Below, piece after piece: positions 41,450 to 49,989 of a stretch of DNA of 64,000 nt. The notes under the pieces were generated by a model. The model saw nothing but the letters and a program-made list of their open reading frames with translations, did no database searches and had not been told where the DNA came from. The position numbers and the translations under genes were made by a program. The DNA lies in contig OZ241322.1 in assembly GCA_965199715.1 (NCBI GenBank), positions 96,001 to 160,000 on the forward strand, read 5' to 3'. Every line of letters begins with the position of its first letter. The first letter of the stretch is position 1. Source of the DNA: Vicinamibacteria bacterium. GTDB taxonomy: Bacteria > Acidobacteriota > Vicinamibacteria > Marinacidobacterales > Marinacidobacteraceae.

Positions 41450-42892
41450 TCAGCGCCTCGCCGCGTGGAGCGGGAGCGCGAGCACGCTCGCCCGTACCCG
41501 GATGATCGTGTGGAGCGCCCGGTCGGGTCGGAAGAACGAGCCGCCGCGCCGGATGTCGTAGCCGAGCACCACGAGGTCGCCCGGCTCGGTCATCGTCGCC
41601 ACCTGCCGGGGCACGTTGCCGACCCCCTCGATGACCGGGACGCGGGTCCGGTAGAGCCGGCCCATGCGCTCGATGGTGGCGACGAGCACCTCGTCATGGT
41701 CCTCGGGCTCCCGGCTGATGAACGACGGCGGCCGCACCGAGAGGATCGCGAACGGGATGTCGAACTGGCGGGCGAGGCCGAGCGCGGTGTCCGCCGCCCG
41801 CAGCGTGCTCTCGAGGTCGGTGACCGGCAGCACGACCCGCTCCCACGGGAAACGCCCGCCGGGGAGGAGCACCGGGCAGGGGAAGCCGGCCATCGTCGCG
41901 AGCGAGCGGCTCGTGTTCAGGCCGAGCCGGGCGAACAGCGACGGCTCCTGGCGCGGGAACACCACGCAGCCGGCCTCGGACCCGGTGTCCTCGACCGGAT
42001 TCCGGCCGAGCGGAACCACGTCGAGCTCGTCGTCGGGAACCGCGAATCCGTCGGGCGGCGCCACGCCGGGCGCGGCCACGACCCGGCAGCGTTTCGCCCG
42101 GGACGAGCGGAACAGGTATCCCGCCTCGCGCCAGACGATCGATGGAAGCCGCCGGTCGGCGTACACCACGAGGTCGCTCCCGAACTGCAGCGGAAACAGC
42201 GACTTCCCCTCGCGGAGGAACTCGGCGGCCCCGGGGGCGACTTCGGGATCGCCGGTGATGAGCAGCCGGTCGCCCGCCTCGATGGTCGCGGCCCCGTCGG
42301 GGACGACGAAGGTGCCCGATCGGTAGATCCCGGCGACGAGCCACTTGCGGGCGCCGAGGTCCCGAAGGCGCACGCCGATCGCCGGCGAGGTGGGGAGCAC
42401 CTGGATCTCGCGGATTTCCCCGAGGCCGAGCCCGAGCGTCGTCGCGACCTGGTGCGAGTGCTCGACCCGGTTGCGGATCTGGGTCGCGATCACGACCGGA
42501 CGCGCGATGCTCGTCGCGCCGGTCTCGCGCAGCCCGGCGCCGCGCTCCTCGGCGCGGACGGTGCCGAGCGTGCTCGGCCGCGGGTTCAGTTCGCCCGCGA
42601 CCCGGCAGATTTCGGCGTTGACGTCGTCGCGGTCGGTAGTGGCGATGACCCAGTCGGCGCCCTCGGCCCCGGCGTCGCGAAGCGCGAGCGCGCAGGTGCC
42701 GTCCCGCGCCAGCGTGCGCAGGGGCTTGCCGGTCCAGCCTTCTTCGAGCCGCTCCAGCTTGGCGGGCTCAAGGTCGAGCACCACCACGCGGCGGTCGGGG
42801 CCGAGCTGGCGCGCGACTTCGCTGCCGGTCTGCCCGGCCCCGACGATGACGACCCGGGACGGCTCTTCCCATCCCGGGTCGCGACCGGTCAA
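41450..42892 (-). CDS. TrkA-N/TrkA-C (RCK) protein fused to universal-stress-like domain
   Basis: IVGAGQTG, TTDRDDVN, SPAIGVRL, GDRLLITG; C-terminal RVVLPV...DLVVLG. Confidence 0.8.
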   Translation of the reverse strand: MTGRDPGWEEPSRVVIVGAGQTGSEVARQLGPDRRVVVLDLEPAKLERLEEGWTGKPLRTLARDGTCALALRDAGAEGADWVIATTDRDDVNAEICRVAGELNPRPSTLGTVRAEERGAGLRETGATSIARPVVIATQIRNRVEHSHQVATTLGLGLGEIREIQVLPTSPAIGVRLRDLGARKWLVAGIYRSGTFVVPDGAATIEAGDRLLITGDPEVAPGAAEFLREGKSLFPLQFGSDLVVYADRRLPSIVWREAGYLFRSSRAKRCRVVAAPGVAPPDGFAVPDDELDVVPLGRNPVEDTGSEAGCVVFPRQEPSLFARLGLNTSRSLATMAGFPCPVLLPGGRFPWERVVLPVTDLESTLRAADTALGLARQFDIPFAILSVRPPSFISREPEDHDEVLVATIERMGRLYRTRVPVIEGVGNVPRQVATMTEPGDLVVLGYDIRRGGSFFRPDRALHTIIRVRASVLALPLHAARR

Positions 42893-42902
42893 CTGCGAGC
42901 GA

Positions 42903-43646
42903 TCACTCGTGGTGACGGTGGGCTTCGATGATCGAAACGACCGCGCCCTCGGTGAAGGGCGCCACGTCCAGCAGCGTGATCGGCTCCTGCGGGTCGGTGT
43001 CGGCGCTCTTCAGCATGAAGTCCTCCCCCGTGGCCGTGCCGGCGTCGTAGGCGTGCGAGGTCAGCTCGATCTCGTCCAGCCAGTTGCCGTCCTCGTCCAT
43101 GGCGCACGTGGACTCGACGCCGATGAACCAGTCGGTGCTGGGCGCGATCATCTGCGCGAAGGTCACGCACGGCGCCTCGGCCTCGAGCTCGATCTCGGCG
43201 TGGTCGGCCAGGAGGAGCGCCTGCAGCTCCGATTCCATGGTCATGAACGGCGGGATGCCCATGGCTTCCAGTTCGGCCGCGAGCACGTCCGACGCGCCGC
43301 TCTCGGCGAGAACCTTCAGCCCGGGCGAGGCGATGCCGCCCTCCTCGAAGATCGTGACGTCCCTCGGATGGAACGCCATGACGACGAAGGGCGCCACGCC
43401 GACGCCATCCGGGAACGGAACCGCGCCGAGCGACTGCAGAATCGGGCTCGACGAGATCATCGGCGAGTACGTGATGTCGTAGTGGGCGCTGGTCTCCGGC
43501 TCGGGCTCGGGGGCCGGAGCGGGGGCCGGCGCCGGAGCGGGGGCGGGCGTGGGCGCCGGCGTGGACGACGAGTCGTCGTCGCTGCAGGACGCCAGTCCGA
43601 GCGCCAGCCCGAACGTCAGGGAAAGAAACAGATGTCGCGTCGTCAT
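42903..43646 (-). CDS. Spondin_N domain lipoprotein
   Basis: RBS AAGGAG; lipobox LASC; Pro/Ala linker; ASPGLKVLAESG, MIAPSTDWFIG, AYDAGT. Confidence 0.8.
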   Translation of the reverse strand: MTTRHLFLSLTFGLALGLASCSDDDSSSTPAPTPAPAPAPAPAPAPEPEPETSAHYDITYSPMISSSPILQSLGAVPFPDGVGVAPFVVMAFHPRDVTIFEEGGIASPGLKVLAESGASDVLAAELEAMGIPPFMTMESELQALLLADHAEIELEAEAPCVTFAQMIAPSTDWFIGVESTCAMDEDGNWLDEIELTSHAYDAGTATGEDFMLKSADTDPQEPITLLDVAPFTEGAVVSIIEAHRHHE

Positions 43647-45256
43647 GTAGCGGTCGCTCCTTGTGTGTTCGACGGCGTGATTGTATCCATTGCGGCGGCG
43701 GCGGCCGTGCGGATCGGATCCACGCCCGCTTCGAACCCGTCCGCCGCGCGCTTGAGGCCGCTGGCGCGTCCGAAGTATCCGGTCAGGACGGTCTCCTCGA
43801 CCGCCCGAACCTCGTGCCCGAGGCGCCGCAGGCCGTCCGCGATCTCGTTTCCGGCGCGCTCGTCGAGGTCGATGGCGCCCACGTCGCAGTGCATGCGCGG
43901 CCCTCCCGCCGCGTCCCGCATCGAGCGCCCCTGCTCGAAGACCCGGGCCATGAGCAGCGACGCCGCCGAGATCAGCCGCCGGCCGCCGGGGGCGCCCGCG
44001 ACCGCCGCGAGGCCGTCCCCGTCGAAGGCCATGAGGCCGGTCGCGGCATGCAGCGCGAGCCGGCCCGGCGCCGCCGAGACGCGGGTTCCCGGACGCGGGT
44101 CGAACCACATCATGCCGTTGTTGATCGGATAGCCGAGGCCGGGGACGGTCCACGCCGAGCCGAACCGGCCGCCGAGCGTCGCCGTCAGCGCCACCGCCAT
44201 CCCGTCCTGATCGACTGCGTTCACGTGGGTGGTGCAGTCGCCGTCGGCGGCCCTGGACGGATCGACCGCGGTCCGCCCGCCGGCGCGCCGCCCGGCGAGG
44301 TAGTCGGGGTCGAGCAGCGGCGCGACGGGTCCCGGAAGCCGCTCGAACCGGTCCTCGAAGGCGAGCCGCAGCGACTGCGCGAGCCGGTGGAGGAACCGGA
44401 CCTCGTCGCCCGGCTCGAGCGCGTCCAGATGCAGCAGCGTCTGGGCGAGCGTCGGGCCGCCGGACGAGCCGCCGAGCGTGGCCACGTCGAGGCCCCGGTA
44501 GCGGAACCGAAGCGGCTCCTCCCAACGGGTCTCGCCCTTGAGATCGGCCCGGGTCAGCACGCTCTCGCCGGCGAGGAGCCGCTCGGCCTGCTCGCCCTCC
44601 CGAAACGGCGCCGCCCCGTCCCGGGCGAACGCCCGAAGCGAGCGGGCGAGGTCCGGGTTCCGCAGCGGCGCGCCCGGAGTCTGGAACCCGTCGCCCTGGA
44701 CATGCAGGCGCGCCGCCGCCGGGCACTTCGCGAGCCGGCGGGCGCCGGCCGCCCGGTGCGCGAAGAACGCCCAGTCGGGGACGAAACCGTCCTCGGCCAT
44801 CCGGATCGCCGGCTCCGCCACGCGCTCGCGCGGCAGCCGCCCGAACCGGCCGTGAAGCGCGTCGAGCACCGCCGGGGCGGTCGGCGCGCAGATCGAGGTC
44901 GGCCCGGTCTCGGCCCGGTCGCCGCGTGTCGGCGGAAACCCGTAGAGGCCCCCGCCCACGCCGGCAAGCGGCTCGAACATGTCCTCCGAAGCGGCGAGCG
45001 GAGCGCGGGCGATCCCCTGGATCGCCTCGACGCGGCCCCCGGCGAAGACCACGGCGTACGCGGTGCCGCCGAGACCGCTCATCGAAGGCTCCGAGACCCC
45101 CGAAGCCAGCGCGGCGGCGACCGCGGCGTCCACGGCGTTGCCGCCGTCGCGGAGGATCCCGGCCCCGGCGCGCGCCGCGTCCCGGCTCATCGCGGTCACG
45201 ACGTTGGCGCCCGACGCCGGCGACCGCGCCGGCAGCGAGACGCTCTCGCGGATCAC
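43643..45256 (-). CDS. ggt: Gamma-glutamyltransferase family protein
   Basis: GGNAVDAAVA, SGLGG, TTHVNAVD (Thr nucleophile), NNGM, GAPGG; GTG overlapping upstream stop. Confidence 0.88.
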   Translation of the reverse strand: MIRESVSLPARSPASGANVVTAMSRDAARAGAGILRDGGNAVDAAVAAALASGVSEPSMSGLGGTAYAVVFAGGRVEAIQGIARAPLAASEDMFEPLAGVGGGLYGFPPTRGDRAETGPTSICAPTAPAVLDALHGRFGRLPRERVAEPAIRMAEDGFVPDWAFFAHRAAGARRLAKCPAAARLHVQGDGFQTPGAPLRNPDLARSLRAFARDGAAPFREGEQAERLLAGESVLTRADLKGETRWEEPLRFRYRGLDVATLGGSSGGPTLAQTLLHLDALEPGDEVRFLHRLAQSLRLAFEDRFERLPGPVAPLLDPDYLAGRRAGGRTAVDPSRAADGDCTTHVNAVDQDGMAVALTATLGGRFGSAWTVPGLGYPINNGMMWFDPRPGTRVSAAPGRLALHAATGLMAFDGDGLAAVAGAPGGRRLISAASLLMARVFEQGRSMRDAAGGPRMHCDVGAIDLDERAGNEIADGLRRLGHEVRAVEETVLTGYFGRASGLKRAADGFEAGVDPIRTAAAAAMDTITPSNTQGATAT

Positions 45257-46170
45257 GCGACGTTGCCGCCGCACAGCGGCGTCGCCGCCCTCAGTCCCTT
45301 GAACCGCTCCCGGTGCTCGAGGAGCGCGGCGATCCCGGCGGCTCCCGCCGGCTCGACGACCAGTCCGAGCGTGCGCAGCAGCAGCGCCCCGGCCTCCTCG
45401 ATGGCCTCCTCGCCGACCTCGACCACGGCGTCCACGACGGCGCGCATGACGGTCACCGCCTCGGGCACCGGCACCCGGACCGCGATCCCGTCGGCGGCGG
45501 TGCGCGGCGGCTCGTCGGAGGGACTCGCGTCCCCGGTCCGGAACGCGCGGCGCATCACCGGCGCGCCGCGGGCGACCACGCCGATCACTCGCATCTCGGG
45601 CGCGCGGGCCTTGATCCAGGCCCCCATGCCCCCGATGAGCGCGCCGTTGCCCACCGGGATCAGCGCCGCGTCGCCGTGGAACGATCGGGTCAGCTCCAGC
45701 GCGATCCCCCCGGCCCCCTCGGCGATCTCCGGTTCGCGCCCGTCCTCGACGAAGGTCGCCGGGAACGCCCGCGCCGCCTCCTTGGCCGCGTCGAAGTCCT
45801 CGCCGACCTGGCGCACGTCGGCGCCGAGCGCCCGCATCGCCGCGATCTTCTTCGGGTTGGCGCGCAGGCTTGAAAACACCGTCAGCGGAATCCGGTGCTT
45901 GCGGGCCGCCCAGGCGAGCCCTTGTCCGAAGTTGCCGGCGGACCCGGTGACCCAGCCGCCGCTCGTCTCCGGGCCCCGCCGGGCGGCGAACCAGCACGCG
46001 CCCCGGGCCTTGAAGCTGCGGATCGGATTCACGGACTCGACCTTGACCGTGACCTCGGTCCCGAGCGCGTCGTCGAGCGCCGGCGACCGGTACTGCGGGG
46101 TGTCGCGGAACTCCGGCGGCGTGTCCGCCCACGCGGCTTCGATCCCGGCGATCGTGGGGGCTGCGGTCAT
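45253..46170 (-). CDS. PLP-dependent threonine/serine dehydratase family enzyme
   Basis: SFKARG PLP lysine, SAGNFG, PVGNGALIGG, ADG, VEPAGA, CGGN. Confidence 0.9.
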   Translation of the reverse strand: MTAAPTIAGIEAAWADTPPEFRDTPQYRSPALDDALGTEVTVKVESVNPIRSFKARGACWFAARRGPETSGGWVTGSAGNFGQGLAWAARKHRIPLTVFSSLRANPKKIAAMRALGADVRQVGEDFDAAKEAARAFPATFVEDGREPEIAEGAGGIALELTRSFHGDAALIPVGNGALIGGMGAWIKARAPEMRVIGVVARGAPVMRRAFRTGDASPSDEPPRTAADGIAVRVPVPEAVTVMRAVVDAVVEVGEEAIEEAGALLLRTLGLVVEPAGAAGIAALLEHRERFKGLRAATPLCGGNVA

Positions 46171-46207
46171 GGCGGCGGATGGTATTCGTCTGCCATAGAC
46201 TCACCCC

Positions 46208-47320
46208 ATGCCCAAGAACCTGAGCCGCCGTCAGTTCGTCCAGACCGGCGCCGCCGCGGCGGCCGCCCTCGGAGTCTCGCGGGCCGCTCCCGCGGTGCAG
46301 TCCTCGGGGCCGCGCCCGGTGGTCATCTCGTCGGGCAACGGCAACCGCTACAAGAACGGCGGCGACGAGGTCGTCGTCCAGCGGGCGTTCCGCATGATGA
46401 CCGAGGGGACCGACATTCTCGAGAGCCTCATCGCCGGCGTGAACATCGTCGAGCACGATCCCGAGGACGCGAGCGTCGGGTACGGCGGGCTGCCGAACGC
46501 CGACGGGGTGGTCGCGCTGGACTCGTGCTGCATGCACGGCCCGACGCGGCGCGCCGGCGGAGTCGCCGGGATCGAGGGCGTGCGGACGCCGTCGCTCGTG
46601 GCCCACGCGGTCATGCAGAACACCGACCACCACCTGCTGGTCGGCGAGGGGGCGCAGCGCTTCGCCCGCAACATGGGCCACAAGATCGAGGACGACCTCA
46701 ACTCCGAACTCTCGCGGAGCCGCTGGCTCGAGTGGAAGCGCCGGATCGACCCCGGCCACTACCTCGACCCGAAGAAGCGCGCCGCCGCCGGTCACGCCGC
46801 CGGGCTCGCGATGGTGCGCGACGGCCTCATCGACGAGGAGCACTACTACGGGACCATCAACTGCGACGGCCTGAACGCGAACGGCGACCTCGCCGGGGTC
46901 ACGACCACCAGCGGGCTCGCGTGGAAGATCCCCGGTCGCGTCGGCGACTCGCCGATCCTCGGGGCCGGGCTCTACGTGGACAACGCCGTGGGAGCCGCGG
47001 GCTCGACCGGGCGCGGCGAGGCGAACCTCTACGGCCTGTGCTCGTTCCACATCGTCGAGGAGATGCGGCGCGGCGCCCACCCGAAGGACGCGGCGATGGC
47101 CGCGCTCCAGCGGGTCAAGGACAACACCGTCGAGGAGCGCCTGCTGAACTCGCGGGGCCTGCCGGCGTTCGGCCTGTCGTTCTACGTCGTGAACAAGGAC
47201 GGCGTCCACGCCGGGGTCTCGATGTATACGAGCGCACGTTCGAGCTACGCGGTCTGCGACGAGAACGGCCCCCGGTCCGAGTCGATGGAGGCGTTCCTCG
47301 AGGGAAGCGCGTCGGACTGA
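46208..47320 (+). CDS. N(4)-(beta-N-acetylglucosaminyl)-L-asparaginase (Ntn hydrolase), Tat-exported
   Basis: SRRQFV Tat signal; SVGYGGLPN, YGTIN, TTSGL, GRVGDSP, TGRGE. Confidence 0.9.
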   Translation: MPKNLSRRQFVQTGAAAAAALGVSRAAPAVQSSGPRPVVISSGNGNRYKNGGDEVVVQRAFRMMTEGTDILESLIAGVNIVEHDPEDASVGYGGLPNADGVVALDSCCMHGPTRRAGGVAGIEGVRTPSLVAHAVMQNTDHHLLVGEGAQRFARNMGHKIEDDLNSELSRSRWLEWKRRIDPGHYLDPKKRAAAGHAAGLAMVRDGLIDEEHYYGTINCDGLNANGDLAGVTTTSGLAWKIPGRVGDSPILGAGLYVDNAVGAAGSTGRGEANLYGLCSFHIVEEMRRGAHPKDAAMAALQRVKDNTVEERLLNSRGLPAFGLSFYVVNKDGVHAGVSMYTSARSSYAVCDENGPRSESMEAFLEGSASD

Positions 47321-47322
47321 GC

Positions 47323-47619
47323 GTGCGGGTTCTGCTGATCCTGCTGCTCGCGGTTCCGGCGGCCGCCCAGGAGGAGCCGGAAGAGCCGAAGAAGCCGGCG
47401 ATCGACCTCGACTACCGGGTCGAGAACCCGCTGGATCTCCTCGCCCCGCAGGAGCGGTTCGACCGGCAGTGGCGGCGCATCTGGCGGAACCTCGGAACGC
47501 GCTACCACCTCTACCCGGCGGAGCAGGCCGGAAACGGGAACGGGCCGCCGCGCATCTTCGGGGGCGGCTGGAACTACAGCCTGTGGCGCGACCCGGTCAC
47601 CGGCTGGCCCGCGTTCTGA
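47323..47619 (+). CDS. Small secreted hypothetical protein
   Basis: GTG start, signal peptide VRVLLILLLAVPAAAQ, Trp-rich tail WNYSLWRDPVTGWPAF; fills the gap between co-oriented genes. Confidence 0.6.
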   Translation: MRVLLILLLAVPAAAQEEPEEPKKPAIDLDYRVENPLDLLAPQERFDRQWRRIWRNLGTRYHLYPAEQAGNGNGPPRIFGGGWNYSLWRDPVTGWPAF

Positions 47620-47629
47620 CCCCCGCCGC

Positions 47630-48913
47630 ATGCGGATCCTGAGCTTCACCGCGGGGGCGGGCAGCATGCTCTGCGGGAGCTGCATCCGCGACAACGCGCT
47701 GGCGCGGGCGCTCCGGGCGCGCGGGCATTCGGTGCGGCTGGTTCCGCTGTACGCCCGCTCGCGCACCGACGAGGAGAACGTCTCCGAGGATCGGGTCCGC
47801 TTCGGCGGGGTCTCGGTGTGGGCGCAGCACGCCGCCCCGCTGTTCCGCCGGGCGCCGCTGTTCGACTGGCTGCTGGACTCGGGCCCGATGATCGAGCTCG
47901 CCGGGCGGCTCGGCTCCTCGACCGACCCGGAGGGGCTCGGCCCCCTGACGGTGACGACGCTGCGGGGCGCGTCGGGAGCCGCCGGGCGGGCGGTGGAGCG
48001 CTTCCGCCGGTCGCTCGAAGGGTTGGAGACGGACCTCGTCGTGCTGCCCAACTCGCTGCTGCTCGCGCTGGTTCCCCCGCTGAAGGCGACGCTCGGCCGC
48101 CCGGTCGCGGTGACGTTCTCCGGCGAGGACCTCTTCCTCGAGCGGCTGCCCGAGGCGCACCGCGCGGAGTCGCTGCGGCTGATGCGCGAACTGGCCCCGT
48201 CCGCGGACGTGTTCGTGGGCGTGACCGGGCACCACGCCCGCGACATGGCGTCCCGGCTGGGCGTGCCCGAGGACCGGGTGCGCGTGGCGCCGCTCGGCGT
48301 GGACGCCGCCGGGTTCCCCGAGGCTCCCCGGGCGAGCGGCGACGGGCCGGTGCGGATCGGGTTCTTCTCGCGGATCGCCCCGGAGAAGGGTCTCGACCGG
48401 CTCGCGGCCGCGGTCGCGCTCCTCGCCCGGCGCGACGGCGTCCCGCCGCTCGAGCTGCACGTCGCCGGATGGATGGCGGGCAAGCGGCGCAAGTGGCTCG
48501 CCGGAATCGAGGTCGGCTTCCGCCGCGACGCGCCCGGAGTCCCGTTCCGCTACCACGGCTCTCCGGACCGGCCGGAGAAGATCGCGTTTCTCGCGGGGAT
48601 GGACGTGATCGCGATTCCGGCGACCTTCCCCGAGCCGAAGGGCCTTCCGGCGGTGGAGGCGATGACCGCCGGAACGCCGGTCGTCCTGCCGGCGACGGGC
48701 GCCTACCCGGAGCTCGTGGAGCGCACCGGCGGCGGCGTCCTCGCCCGCTCCTCCGAACCCGACGACGTGGCCGACGCCCTGGAGCCGCTCGTGACGTCGC
48801 CCGAGCGCCGGGCCGCGCTCGGCCGCGCCGCGTTCGACGGAGCGCGCAAGCATCACTCGCTGGAGGCGATGGCGGACGCCGCCGAAGCCGTCTATCGGCG
48901 CATCGCCGCCTGA
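47630..48913 (+). CDS. Glycosyltransferase family 4
   Basis: PLGVD, SRIAPEKG, EPKGLPAVEAM..GTPVV; unusual N-terminal CGSC. Confidence 0.85.
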   Translation: MRILSFTAGAGSMLCGSCIRDNALARALRARGHSVRLVPLYARSRTDEENVSEDRVRFGGVSVWAQHAAPLFRRAPLFDWLLDSGPMIELAGRLGSSTDPEGLGPLTVTTLRGASGAAGRAVERFRRSLEGLETDLVVLPNSLLLALVPPLKATLGRPVAVTFSGEDLFLERLPEAHRAESLRLMRELAPSADVFVGVTGHHARDMASRLGVPEDRVRVAPLGVDAAGFPEAPRASGDGPVRIGFFSRIAPEKGLDRLAAAVALLARRDGVPPLELHVAGWMAGKRRKWLAGIEVGFRRDAPGVPFRYHGSPDRPEKIAFLAGMDVIAIPATFPEPKGLPAVEAMTAGTPVVLPATGAYPELVERTGGGVLARSSEPDDVADALEPLVTSPERRAALGRAAFDGARKHHSLEAMADAAEAVYRRIAA

Positions 48914-48927
48914 AGAAGGGAAGTTCG

Positions 48928-49989
48928 ATGGCAGACCCCGCTCGCGACGCGCACGTGCGCGAGATCGTCCGGTGGCATTTCAGCGAGGAGACCGGGTCCC
49001 GGTTCTGGCTGGATTTTCGGGAGAAGCTGGACTTCGACCCGCTGACCGCGGTCCGCGGGTTCGAGGACCTGCGGCGGTTCCCGCCGTTCGAGGATGAGTG
49101 GCTGCGGGGCGGCCCGGTGCGCCGGTGGGTGCCGAAGCCGTTCCAGGACGATCCGCTCTTCGTGTTCGAGACCGGCGGCACGACCGGGATTCCGAAGAGC
49201 CGCACGTCCGCCCGCGACTTCCGCATCGACTACGAGCGGTTCAGCGAGTTCCTCCCCGAGGAGCATTTCCCGAAGGGGGCCAACTGGCTCATGCTCGGCC
49301 CGTCCGGCCCGCGCCGGCTGCGCCTGTCGGTCGAGCATCTCGCGCAGCATCGGGGCGGCATCTGCTTTTCGGTGGACCTCGACCCGCGTTGGGTCATCAA
49401 GCTCATCAAGAAGGGCTGGACCGAGCACCTGAAGGCGTATCAGGACCACGTCGTCGATCAGGGCCTGACCGTGCTCTCCGCCGGCCACGACGTGAAGTGC
49501 CTGTTCACCACGCCGAAGCTGCTGGAGGCGCTCTGCCTGCGGCTCGAGGACGAGGGCCGCACACTCGCCGAGACCGGGATCCAGGGAGTTTTCTCGGGAG
49601 GCACCGAGTTCACGCCGCAGTGGACGCGCTTCGCGATGGAGGAGCTGCTCGACGGCGTGTTCCTCCAGCCGACCTACGGAAACACGCTGATGGGGCTCGC
49701 GCCGGCGCGGCCCCCGGTCCCCGACGACGGCTACAAGATCGCGTACTACCCACCGATGCCCCGCGCCGCGCTGGAGGTCGTCGATCCGGAAACCGGCGAC
49801 GTGGTCGAGTACGGCGCGACCGGGCGGGTGCGGCTGACGACCCTGACCCGGGAGTTCTTCGTGCCCGGCTTCCTCGAGCGCGACGAGGGCGAGCGCGAGC
49901 CGCCGTGGGGCGCGTTCCGGTGGGACGGGGTGAGCGGCGTGCGCCCGTTCTCGAAGCTGCCCGGCGGGACGACGGTGGGAGTGTATTGA
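48928..49989 (+). CDS. EhpF/GriC-like adenylate-forming enzyme (phenylacetate-CoA ligase / LuxE-like fold)
   Basis: WHFSEETGSRFW, FETGGTTGIPK P-loop, DLDPRWV, TYGNTL, ERD. Confidence 0.7.
   Translation: MADPARDAHVREIVRWHFSEETGSRFWLDFREKLDFDPLTAVRGFEDLRRFPPFEDEWLRGGPVRRWVPKPFQDDPLFVFETGGTTGIPKSRTSARDFRIDYERFSEFLPEEHFPKGANWLMLGPSGPRRLRLSVEHLAQHRGGICFSVDLDPRWVIKLIKKGWTEHLKAYQDHVVDQGLTVLSAGHDVKCLFTTPKLLEALCLRLEDEGRTLAETGIQGVFSGGTEFTPQWTRFAMEELLDGVFLQPTYGNTLMGLAPARPPVPDDGYKIAYYPPMPRAALEVVDPETGDVVEYGATGRVRLTTLTREFFVPGFLERDEGEREPPWGAFRWDGVSGVRPFSKLPGGTTVGVY

Noticed and set aside
43495-43565. Repetitive GC-rich tract in the spondin gene
   Set aside because: Encodes an ordinary Pro/Ala lipoprotein linker
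43643-47209. 1188-aa ORF, and similar over-long ORFs at 16664, 16751, 19995, 22160, 49098, as fusion proteins
   Set aside because: Only the C-terminal portions carry motifs; real starts lie at stop/start overlaps or after promoters
47630-48913. GT4 as BshA
   Set aside because: N-terminus lacks the BshA YPxxGGSG pattern and the gene is unlinked to bshC
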